DNA of 64,000 nt from an uncultured delta proteobacterium (GTDB taxonomy: Bacteria; Myxococcota; UBA727; VGSZ01), in NCBI GenBank assembly GCA_963775425.1, contig CAVZJB010000012.1:160001-224000 (forward strand), read 5' to 3'. Each line of letters begins with the position of its first letter. The stretch's first letter is position 1. The notes under the pieces were generated by a model. The model worked only from the letters and a program-made list of their open reading frames with translations, was not told where the DNA came from and searched no databases. Shown piece by piece: positions 9,143 through 17,367 of the stretch. Made by a program: the position numbers and the translations under genes.

Positions 9143-10707
9143 TGCGGCTCGATAGGCTCGTCACGTCCTGGGCGTCGCGCACACCACGGCAGATCGCCGT
9201 GTTCGGCGATGACGAGGCGCTGTCGTACGCGGCGCTCGATGACCTCGCGAATCGGTTCGCGCATTGGTTTCGGGCGCACGGCGTCAAGCCCGGCGACCGC
9301 GTCGGCGTTCACCTCCCGCGCTGCGGGCGCGCGATCGCCGCGATGCTCGGCGCGCTTCGAGCGGGCGCCGTGTATGTGCCGCTCGACCCCAGCTCGCCGC
9401 CTGCGCGCATGAAGCTCATCGCCACGGACTGCGACCTGCGCCACGTGGTGATCGCGCCGTACCTCCTCGACCGTTGGCTCGCCGCTGGCGTGCAGGAGCC
9501 CGTCGAGCACTTCGTCCTGTCGAGCGAGGGCGCGCTCGACGACGCGGCGCGAGCATCGGCGCAGGTGCACCCGTGGTCGGAGGTCCTCGCCGACAGCGGC
9601 GCGCCGCTCGACCCCGGGAGCGACTCGCCCGACGCGCTGGCCTACATCCTGTACACGTCGGGCTCCACGGGCGTGCCGAAGGGCGTGATGCTCTCGCACC
9701 GAAATGCGCTCGCGTTCGTCGATTGGGCCGCCGACCGCATCGACCTGCGCCCGAGCGATCGCGTGGCGAGCGTCGCGCCGTTCCACTTCGACCTTTCGGT
9801 GTTCGACGTGTGGGCGTCGCTGTCGCGCGGGGCGACGGTCGTCATCGTCGACGAGACCACGGTGTTGTCCGGGCAACGCATGCTCAGCCGCATTCGCGAG
9901 CAGAAGATCACCGTTTGGTACTCGGTGCCGTCGGCGCTCGTGCTGATGCTGGAGACCGGCCACCTGCACGAGCTCGACGCCGCGCTGATGCGCGTGGTGT
10001 TCTTCGCCGGCGAGGTCTTCCCGATGAAGCACCTCGCGCGCACGATGGCCGCGCTCCCTCACGCGCGCTTCTTCAATCTCTTCGGGCCCACCGAGACCAA
10101 CGTGTGCACCGGGTACGAGCTGCCCGGCGCGCCCGCCCCCGACAGCCCCGCCATCCCCATCGGCACCGCCGCGTCCGGCGACGAGCTCTCGATCCTCTCG
10201 CCCGAAGGCCGGCCGGTCGCCGACGGCGAGATCGGCGAGCTGTTCGTCGACGGGCCCACCGTGATGCTCGGCTATTGGGATGGAGGCCGCCGCACGCCGC
10301 CGCCGCGCCCCTACCCGACCGGCGACCTGGTGTCGCGCCGGGCCGACGGCGAGCTCATGTACCACGGTCGTCGTGATCACCTCGTCAAGGTGCGCGGCTT
10401 TCGCATCGAGTTGGGAGAGATCGAGGCCGCTGTCCATCAGCACGCAAAGATCAAAGAGTCGATCGCGATGGCCATCGAGCAGCAGCTCGTCGTCGTCGCG
10501 GTCCCCGCCGATCCCACGATCTCCGTCCTCGAGCTCAAGAAACATTGCGCCGCGCGACTCCCTCGCTACATGGTCCCGAGCGGAGTGAAGCTCGTCGAGC
10601 AGCTCCCGCGCACATCGAGCGGGAAGATCGACCGGGTGCGGACGCGGGCCGCCGTCATCGAGGGCGACGCCACGCTGCTCAAACAAGCCATACGCGAGGG
10701 GGTCTGA
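9139..10707 (+). CDS. Stand-alone adenylation enzyme, L-proline--PCP ligase type (PltF/RedM/PigI-like)
   Basis: YILYTSGSTGVPKG, FDLSVFD, TVWYSVP, FAGE, NLFGPTETNVC, GDL, KVRGFRIELGEIE, LPRTSSGKIDR. By-eye specificity code is about DLFYFALVCK, close to the pyrrole-pathway Pro code DLLYLALVCK. Confidence 0.85.
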   Translation: MMRLDRLVTSWASRTPRQIAVFGDDEALSYAALDDLANRFAHWFRAHGVKPGDRVGVHLPRCGRAIAAMLGALRAGAVYVPLDPSSPPARMKLIATDCDLRHVVIAPYLLDRWLAAGVQEPVEHFVLSSEGALDDAARASAQVHPWSEVLADSGAPLDPGSDSPDALAYILYTSGSTGVPKGVMLSHRNALAFVDWAADRIDLRPSDRVASVAPFHFDLSVFDVWASLSRGATVVIVDETTVLSGQRMLSRIREQKITVWYSVPSALVLMLETGHLHELDAALMRVVFFAGEVFPMKHLARTMAALPHARFFNLFGPTETNVCTGYELPGAPAPDSPAIPIGTAASGDELSILSPEGRPVADGEIGELFVDGPTVMLGYWDGGRRTPPPRPYPTGDLVSRRADGELMYHGRRDHLVKVRGFRIELGEIEAAVHQHAKIKESIAMAIEQQLVVVAVPADPTISVLELKKHCAARLPRYMVPSGVKLVEQLPRTSSGKIDRVRTRAAVIEGDATLLKQAIREGV

Positions 10708-10979
10708 TGGAAACGCACGTCATGACGGACATTCGGAACTACATCGTGAGCACCTGGCTGGACGGGGACGGCCGCAGCTTCGACGACGACACGGACCTGC
10801 ACCAGGCGGGCATCCTGGACTCGTTCTCGACGCTCGCGCTCATCGCCTATCTCGAAGAGCAGTGGAAGGCGCAGCTCGACCCGTCGGACGTGAGCATGGA
10901 GGCGTTCCGCACGGTGAAGTCGCTCACGCAGTTGGTGCTCGTGAAGTCGATGAACGCCAAAGCGCCCGCCGCCGAGTGA
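10707..10979 (+). CDS. Peptidyl carrier protein (PltL/RedO/PigG-like)
   Basis: 90 aa, GILDSF phosphopantetheine site, translationally coupled (TGATG) to the A enzyme. Confidence 0.85.
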   Translation: METHVMTDIRNYIVSTWLDGDGRSFDDDTDLHQAGILDSFSTLALIAYLEEQWKAQLDPSDVSMEAFRTVKSLTQLVLVKSMNAKAPAAE

Positions 10980-11011
10980 CGAGGACGAGAACCTGAAGTT
11001 GGAGGGGTGTC

Positions 11012-11242
11012 ATGGAAGAGAAGCTGCGGGAAGTTGTTGCCAAGATCGCGGAGACAAGCCCCACGTTCTCGTCGAGCGTGAACATCCGTGACGATTTGAA
11101 CGTCGACTCGGTGCGCATCTTCGAGATGGTCTTCGAGATCGAGCGCACCTTCAACGTCGTCATGCCGGAGGAGAAGCTCGCGGATGTCGCCACGTTCGAC
11201 GACCTCTTGAGCGTCGTTCAGTCGCTGCAAGCGCGCGCTTGA
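11012..11242 (+). CDS. Acyl carrier protein
   Basis: 76 aa, acidic, DDLNVDSVRIFEMVFEIERTF; GGAGGGG SD. Confidence 0.88.
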   Translation: MEEKLREVVAKIAETSPTFSSSVNIRDDLNVDSVRIFEMVFEIERTFNVVMPEEKLADVATFDDLLSVVQSLQARA

Positions 11243-11280
11243 CCCGTCATGGAGATCAACACGACCAGGGCGGAGAAGTG

Positions 11281-12498
11281 ATGTCACGACGCGTCGTCAT
11301 TAGCGGTTGCGGGGTGGTGAGTCCGGCCGGCAATGACCTCGCGTCATTCTGGTCCGCCCTCATGAACGCCTCGTGCTTCATCCAGCCGCTGCGCGGGTGG
11401 GCGTGCCAGGGACTCGACGCGCTCCGGGGCGCCGAGGTGTCGCTCGCACCCGAGGACGCCTTGCCGGCCTCGATCGACACCGACGCGCGCCGCGGCCGCA
11501 GCGATGAGCTCGCGCTCGCGGCGGCGCGCCGCGCCATCGCGGACGCGGCCTTGCCCGCCGGCTCGAGCCGTGACGTCGTCGGCGTCGTGCTCGGCACCAC
11601 GCTCGGCCAGGAGCGCCAGGTGAGCGCGCTCAGCGAGGGCGTGGCCGCGGGAGGGGACGACGCCATCGACGCCGGCTTCATGGATTGCTGCGACAACCAC
11701 CACCTCGCCGCGCTCATCGCGCGGGCGCACGGCCTCGGCGGGCCGCTCATGGTCAACGCCACCGCGTGCGCCTCCGGGAACGCGGCGCTCGCGTGGGGCT
11801 ACGAGCTGGTCGCGTCCGGCGCGACGCACACCATGGTCGCCGGCGGCGTCGACACCTTCACGCGCCTCATCTACTGCGGCTTCAGTCGAATGGGCGCGCT
11901 GTCCAAGGGTGTGTGTCGTCCGTTCGACAAGCAACGCGATGGCGTCTCCTTCGGAGAGGGCGCGGGCATCGTCGTTCTCGAGGAGCTCGAGCACGCGCGC
12001 GCGCGCGGCGCCCACATCTACGCGGAGCTCGCGGGTTACGGCATCAGCAACGACGCGTACCACCTGACGGCGCCGGAGAAGAGCGGCGAAGGCTTCGCGC
12101 GCGCCATGAAGCAAGCGCTCGCCACCACCGGCCTCGGCGTCGACGATGTCGACTACGTCAGCGCGCACGGGACCGGCACGCCGTACAACGACCTCGGCGA
12201 GACGCTCGCTGTGAAGTCCGTCTTCGGCGCGCGGGCGCCGCGCGTGCCGGTGAGCTCGATCAAGTCGATGATCGGTCACACCAACGGCGCTGCGAGCGCC
12301 ATCGAAGCCGTCGCCTGCGTCCTCGCGCTGCAGCACCAGATGCTGCCGCCCACCGTGAACCTCACCGAGCCCGATCCGGAGCTCGACCTCGACTACGTCT
12401 CCGGCGGCGCGCGCCGGGCCAGCGTCGACGTCTGCCTCAACCTCGCGGCCGGCTTCGGCGGCTTCAACGTCTGCACCGTCATCAAGGGGGCGCCATGA
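11281..12498 (+). CDS. Beta-ketoacyl-ACP synthase (FabF-like / type II PKS KS)
   Basis: RRVVISGCG, ATACASG (active Cys), CRPFD, GEGAG, SAHGTGT, KSMIGH, AGFGG; alternative start 11239. Confidence 0.92.
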   Translation: MSRRVVISGCGVVSPAGNDLASFWSALMNASCFIQPLRGWACQGLDALRGAEVSLAPEDALPASIDTDARRGRSDELALAAARRAIADAALPAGSSRDVVGVVLGTTLGQERQVSALSEGVAAGGDDAIDAGFMDCCDNHHLAALIARAHGLGGPLMVNATACASGNAALAWGYELVASGATHTMVAGGVDTFTRLIYCGFSRMGALSKGVCRPFDKQRDGVSFGEGAGIVVLEELEHARARGAHIYAELAGYGISNDAYHLTAPEKSGEGFARAMKQALATTGLGVDDVDYVSAHGTGTPYNDLGETLAVKSVFGARAPRVPVSSIKSMIGHTNGAASAIEAVACVLALQHQMLPPTVNLTEPDPELDLDYVSGGARRASVDVCLNLAAGFGGFNVCTVIKGAP

Positions 12499-13715
12499 CA
12501 ACCGCGCTCACCAGCGCCGACGACGCGGTCGCGGTCACCGGCGCCGCGCTCTTGTCGCCCCTCGGAGACTCCGTGGCGGACGTCATGGCCGCGCTCGACG
12601 AGCAGAGCTCGGCCATAGAGCCCGCGGACGACCCCGAGCTCGACGGCGCCGGCGCGGCCACCATCGCCGACTTCGACGCCGGCCGCTACGCCGCCGTGCG
12701 CGGGATGCGCGTGTACAACCGCACCACCCAGCTCGCGATCTGCGCGGCGCGGCGGGCGCTCGATGACGCGAGGCTCGACACCGAAGGCGACGGCGGCGCG
12801 GAGGTCGGCGTCGTGATGGCCTCGACGTTCGGTCACCTCGGCACGCTGCTCGAGTACGATCGCAGCCTCGTGAAAAATGGCGTGGCGCGGACGAACCCCG
12901 TGCTCATGCCGCTGGGCTTGCCGAGCGCCCCCGGCGCGGCCACGGCCCTCGCGTTTCGCGCGAAGGCGTTCTCCATCACCCTCGCCGACGGCGCAGCGTC
13001 GTCGCTCGACGCGCTCGGGCTGGCGATGCGACTCCTTCGCGCCGGGCGCGCGCGCGCCTGCGTCGTCGTCTCCGCCTTCTCCGTTTGTCGAGAGCTCTCC
13101 ATCTCCGCCGCGCGCGCCGGCCGGCTCGCCGCCCCTGACGACGTGCGCGTCTTCGATGCGCAGAGCAAAGGTCGTGCGTTCGGTGAAGGCGCCGCGGCGC
13201 TGGTGCTGGAGCGCGCGGACTGCGCGAGCGCGCGAGGTGCTCGGCCGCAGGGCTTCGTGTGCGGGCACGCCGCCTCGTTCGCGCGCGAGCGCGCGGAGCT
13301 CTCCGCTGCGCTGCGTCGGGTCGGCGACGCCGCGCTGCGCGGCGCCCACGTCGACCCAGGCAAGATCGCGCTGGTGTCCTCGGGCGCCGGCGGCGCGCCC
13401 GACGACGACCGCGCCGAGGCGCGCGCGTTGCTCGACCTGTTCGAGGGCTCGGGCTCCGGCCCCGTGGTCACGGCGATCAAGGGCAACCTCGGCGACGCCG
13501 TCGACGCCGGCGGGCTGATGCAGGCGGTGTTGGCGCTCGCGGCGCTGCGCGCGGGGCGCGTCGCGCCAATCGCGCGCCTGCGCGAGCCGGCGCTGCCCGG
13601 CCTGTGCTACGCGCGGGAACCGCAGCCCCTCGACGGCGGGCGGGCGTTGGTCACCGCCACGGCGCGCACCGGCGCGTGCGCGGCGCTCGTCCTCGCGAGC
13701 GCCGCCGATGTCTGA
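12495..13715 (+). CDS. Chain-length-factor-like non-catalytic ketosynthase
   Basis: KS fold (VAVTG, GEGAAALVLE) but the catalytic Cys is replaced (DGAASSLDAL) and both His are lost (SSGAGG, KGNLGD); overlaps the KS stop (ATGA). Confidence 0.8.
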   Translation: MTTALTSADDAVAVTGAALLSPLGDSVADVMAALDEQSSAIEPADDPELDGAGAATIADFDAGRYAAVRGMRVYNRTTQLAICAARRALDDARLDTEGDGGAEVGVVMASTFGHLGTLLEYDRSLVKNGVARTNPVLMPLGLPSAPGAATALAFRAKAFSITLADGAASSLDALGLAMRLLRAGRARACVVVSAFSVCRELSISAARAGRLAAPDDVRVFDAQSKGRAFGEGAAALVLERADCASARGARPQGFVCGHAASFARERAELSAALRRVGDAALRGAHVDPGKIALVSSGAGGAPDDDRAEARALLDLFEGSGSGPVVTAIKGNLGDAVDAGGLMQAVLALAALRAGRVAPIARLREPALPGLCYAREPQPLDGGRALVTATARTGACAALVLASAADV

Positions 13716-14463
13716 AGCGGCGCGGCGCGAGCAGACGGTGGCGATCGTGACCGGCGGGTCGCGCGGGATCGGCAGGTCCATCGTCGAGCGCCTCGCTGTG
13801 GCCGGTGTCGACGTCCACTTCACGTACATCAAGAGCGCTGATGCCGCGAACGCGCTCCTCGATCGACTGCGCGCGGCGGGGCACGCCGTCGAAGCGAGCT
13901 GCTGCGACGCGCGCGACATCGCCGCGTCGCACGCGTTCGTCGAGCAGGTGATCGCGCAGCGCGGCAGGCTCGACGTCCTGGTGAACAACGCCGGCATCAC
14001 CGACGACGCTTTGTTGCCGGCGACGAGCTCCGAGAGCTGGTCGTCGGTCCTCGAGACCAACCTGAACGGGCTGTTCGGTGCGACCAAGAGCGCGGCGAAG
14101 CAGATGATGCGGCAGCGCGCCGGTCGCATCGTCAACCTGACGTCGGTGTCCGCCCTGATCGGCATCGCGGGGCAGACGAGCTACTCGGCATCGAAGGCGG
14201 CCATCATCGGGTTCACGCGCTCGCTCGCGCACGAGATGGCCCGTTGGGGCGTCCCCGTGAACGCCGTCGCGCCCGGCTTCGTCGACACCGACATGCTCCC
14301 CTTCCAGGCTCCGGAGCAGCGCGGCGCAGCGATGGCGCGGGTTTGGATGCGTCGCTTCGCAAAGCCGGAGGAGATCGCGGGGCTTGTGCGGTTCCTCGCG
14401 CTCGAGGCGCCGACGTACCTCACGGGACAGACCCTCGTGATCGACGGTGGGCTCAGTGCGTGA
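13708..14463 (+). CDS. fabG: 3-oxoacyl-ACP reductase (FabG-like ketoreductase)
   Basis: TGGSRGIG, NNAGIT, YSASK, VAPGFVDTDM, ITGQ-like LTGQTLVIDGG. Confidence 0.9.
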   Translation: MSEAARREQTVAIVTGGSRGIGRSIVERLAVAGVDVHFTYIKSADAANALLDRLRAAGHAVEASCCDARDIAASHAFVEQVIAQRGRLDVLVNNAGITDDALLPATSSESWSSVLETNLNGLFGATKSAAKQMMRQRAGRIVNLTSVSALIGIAGQTSYSASKAAIIGFTRSLAHEMARWGVPVNAVAPGFVDTDMLPFQAPEQRGAAMARVWMRRFAKPEEIAGLVRFLALEAPTYLTGQTLVIDGGLSA

Positions 14464-14491
14464 CGTGCAACGCGAGTAGAGGAGGCCGCTG

Positions 14492-15178
14492 ATGAGCGTT
14501 CGATACCTTGAAGCGGAGCGGCGATTGCGGCTGCCGCCTGTGAGCGAGCGGGGCGCATCGAACCTCAACCCCGAAGGGATGTCGCTTTTGCAGTTGTGGC
14601 GGGAGGACCTGCGCACGCACGACGACAACCCGTTCGAGCAGGGCTTTTGGGCCATCGCCGTGCACCGCTTCGGCAACTGGCGCATGGATCGCATCAAGCT
14701 CGTACGCGCGCCCTGCACGGCCGTGTACCTGGCGAGCCACAAGCTGGTGGAGGTCTTCGCGGGGATCACGCTCAGCTACACGACGAAGGTCGGGCGCCGC
14801 GTGCGGATCTGGCACCACGGCGGCATGGTGCTTGGCGCGCGCTCCATCGGCGACGATGTGCACATCCGACAAAACGTCACGTTCGGGGTCGCGCAGACCT
14901 TCAACAACGAAGACCTGCCGATCATCGAGGACGGCGCCCACGTCGGCTGCGGCGCCGCGGTCCTCGGGCGCGCGCTCGTCGGCAAGAACGTCAAGATCGG
15001 CGCGAACAGCGTCGTGCTCCATGACTTGCCGGACGGCGCGGTGGTCATGGGCGTGCCCGCGAAGGTGGTGAGCACGTCGACGCCGATCAAAGAGGCGCCG
15101 ATCAGCTCGACGACGACGATCAACTCGACGACGATCAAAGGGGCGACGATCAAAGAGGTGACGGCTCCGCGATCTTGA
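14492..15178 (+). CDS. Serine acetyltransferase-like hexapeptide (LbH) O-acyltransferase
   Basis: HRFG, IWHHGGMVL, IRQNVTFG, IGANSVVLHDLP, GVPAKVV; GAGGAGG SD. Confidence 0.85.
   Translation: MSVRYLEAERRLRLPPVSERGASNLNPEGMSLLQLWREDLRTHDDNPFEQGFWAIAVHRFGNWRMDRIKLVRAPCTAVYLASHKLVEVFAGITLSYTTKVGRRVRIWHHGGMVLGARSIGDDVHIRQNVTFGVAQTFNNEDLPIIEDGAHVGCGAAVLGRALVGKNVKIGANSVVLHDLPDGAVVMGVPAKVVSTSTPIKEAPISSTTTINSTTIKGATIKEVTAPRS
15083..15160 (+). repeat. Five degenerate 15-18-bp tandem units (mCGATCA core) in the acyltransferase tail
   Basis: ccgatcaaagaggcg / ccgatcagctcgacgacg / acgatcaactcgacg / acgatcaaaggggcg / acgatcaaagaggtg. Confidence 0.75.
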
Positions 15179-16184
15179 CGACCTGCTTGCCGAGGTTCTT
15201 GCCCGTGAACACGCGCGCCAGCGCGGCCGGCGCGCGCTCGAGCCCCACCTGCACGTCGACGCGGTCCTTGATCTTCCCCGCCCGCAACCACGCGCCGATC
15301 GCCGCCATGGCCTCCGCGGCGCGCGGCATGTAGTCGATGACGACGAAGCCCTCCATCCGCCCGCGCTGACGCAGGAGCCGCAGGTAGTTCCGCGGGCCGA
15401 CGGGCGGCCACGCCTCGGTGTACGTCGCGATGGCGCCACACAGAACGACGCGTCCGCGGCGCGCGAGGAGCAGCAAGGCCGCGTCGAGGATGCGGCCGCC
15501 CACGTTGTCGAAGTAGACGTCGATGCCGTCGGGACAGGTCGCGCGCAGCCGCGTGATCACGTTGTCGTTGCGGTAGTCGATGGCGGCGTCGAACCCGAGC
15601 TCCTCGGTCAGGTAGCGGCACTTGTCGGGGCCGCCGGCGATGCCCACCACGCGGCACCCCTGGAGCTTCGCGATCTGGCCGGCCATCGAGCCCGTGGCGC
15701 CGGCGGCGCCCGACACGACGACCGTGGCCCCCGGCGCCGGCGCGCCCACGTCGAGCATCCCGAAGTACGCCGTCATGCCCGCGGTGCCGAGCGCGCTCAT
15801 GGCGGTCTCGATGGACACGCCCGCGGGCAGCGGCAGCGTCGTGTACGGCGCGTCACCGGGGACGCGCGCGTAGTCCTGCCAGCCGAACATGCCCTGCACG
15901 ACCTGCCCGGCGGCGAAGCGCGGATCGCGCGACGCGATGACCTCACCCACGGCGACCGAGCGCATCACCGCGCCGAGCTCCACCGCGGGCAGATACGTCT
16001 CTCCCGACGCCCACCCATGCTGCGCGGGCTCGCAGGACAGATAGAGGTTGCGCACGACGATCTCGCCGTCGGCGGCGTCGGGGATCTCCGCCTCGGCCCA
16101 TTGAAAGTCGTCGACGCACAGCGCCCCTCGCGGACGGCGCGCGAGCAGCCACTGCCGGTTCTTCTTGGGTGCGTGGTCGTTCAT
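15150..16184 (-). CDS. NADPH-dependent MDR oxidoreductase (CurA/prostaglandin-reductase-like ene-reductase)
   Basis: NRQWLLARRP, TAYFG, VSGAAGATG, GIAGGPDKC, GIDVYFDNVGG, GKNLGK. Confidence 0.9.
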   Translation of the reverse strand: MNDHAPKKNRQWLLARRPRGALCVDDFQWAEAEIPDAADGEIVVRNLYLSCEPAQHGWASGETYLPAVELGAVMRSVAVGEVIASRDPRFAAGQVVQGMFGWQDYARVPGDAPYTTLPLPAGVSIETAMSALGTAGMTAYFGMLDVGAPAPGATVVVSGAAGATGSMAGQIAKLQGCRVVGIAGGPDKCRYLTEELGFDAAIDYRNDNVITRLRATCPDGIDVYFDNVGGRILDAALLLLARRGRVVLCGAIATYTEAWPPVGPRNYLRLLRQRGRMEGFVVIDYMPRAAEAMAAIGAWLRAGKIKDRVDVQVGLERAPAALARVFTGKNLGKQVVKIAEPSPL

Positions 16185-17134
16185 GGGTGGAGCCAATTGT
16201 GCACGACGCCGTCGAGCCACTCGCGGGGCCGCTCCGGGTCCTCTTTGCCCTGTACGCGTCGGCGCACGCGGAACGACGCGCCGCCGACGAACATCGCGAC
16301 GTTCGCCGCCCACAGCGTGGCGCGCCCGAAGTTCTTCAGGAAGTAGTGTCGTCGTGAGTCGAAGACGTAGCGCGGCATCCTGTCGCGCCCGACGCCGTGG
16401 GAGTGCACGCCGGTGGACGCGCCGCCGACGTGCGCCACCGATGCCTCACGCACGTAGTCGACGTCGAAGCCCGCGCGCTTGGCGCGCAGGCACAGATCTG
16501 TCTCCTCGAAGTAGAGAAAGAACGCCTCATCGAACAGCCCGATGCGCTCGAGGGTGGCGCGGCGGATCATCATCGACGCGCCCGCGACCCAATCGACGGA
16601 GCGGGTGACCTCGGGGATCGGCATCACCATCGCGCGATCCCGCAGCAGGGACGACACCACGCCGAGCCGGGCGGTGCGCTCGAGCTCGCCGAGCACGCTC
16701 GGGAAGCGGAAGCACGACGCCTGCCCGCTTCCCGAGAAGTCGCGGATGAAGCTCCCCGCGAGGCCGGTGTGCGGGTGCGCGTCGAGGTGGCGCATCAAGG
16801 TCTCCGCGGTGCCTGGGTCGGAGCGGGCGTCGGAGTTCAACAGGTAGAAGTAGTCGGGCGGATCTGCGGACGCGAGCCCGCGCCTCAGCGCGACGTTGTT
16901 GCCGAAGCCGAAGCCACCGTTATGTCCCGACTGCAGCACCTCGACCGCGTCGCCCCAGCCGCGCGCCGCCACGGCCGCCGCGAACGTCTCGAAGCTGCCG
17001 TCCTGGGAGTCGTTGTCGACGACGCAGATGCGCGACGCGGGCAGCCGGCGGACCTCGTCGATGACGCCCTCGATCGCGCGCAGCGTGAGCTCCGCCGTGC
17101 GCCAGTTGAGGATCACCGTGACCAGCCTGCTCAT
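16181..17134 (-). CDS. Glycosyltransferase family 2 (WbbL/GT2-like)
   Basis: VILNW, VVDNDSQDGS, NGGFGFGNN, LLNSD, WVAGASMM, FDEAFFLYFEETDLC. Confidence 0.92.
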   Translation of the reverse strand: MSRLVTVILNWRTAELTLRAIEGVIDEVRRLPASRICVVDNDSQDGSFETFAAAVAARGWGDAVEVLQSGHNGGFGFGNNVALRRGLASADPPDYFYLLNSDARSDPGTAETLMRHLDAHPHTGLAGSFIRDFSGSGQASCFRFPSVLGELERTARLGVVSSLLRDRAMVMPIPEVTRSVDWVAGASMMIRRATLERIGLFDEAFFLYFEETDLCLRAKRAGFDVDYVREASVAHVGGASTGVHSHGVGRDRMPRYVFDSRRHYFLKNFGRATLWAANVAMFVGGASFRVRRRVQGKEDPERPREWLDGVVHNWLHP

Positions 17135-17367
17135 CGCCCCTCCGCACACTTCGACAGCATCGCTTGTGATGACGTCGAGCGGTGCGGCGGGCAACCTCAC
17201 GGATCGCGTGACGTCGTTGCGCACGGGCGTCGCGTGTGAACGTTCAGGTCGAGCTCGTGCTTGCGACCGGCCGCACGTCGACGTTGTCGTGTGCGCCCGC
17301 CGCGAGCGAGCGTGCACCCTTCGAACGCACAGACGCCTCGCGAGCCGCGCTCGACTATGGTCGGGCG

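Noticed and set aside
8000-14463. Calling the cluster prodigiosin, pyoluteorin, anatoxin or ordinary fatty-acid synthesis
   Set aside because: No PigH/RedN aminotransferase, PigC, halogenase or type I PKS; the CLF and the Pro cassette exclude plain FAS.
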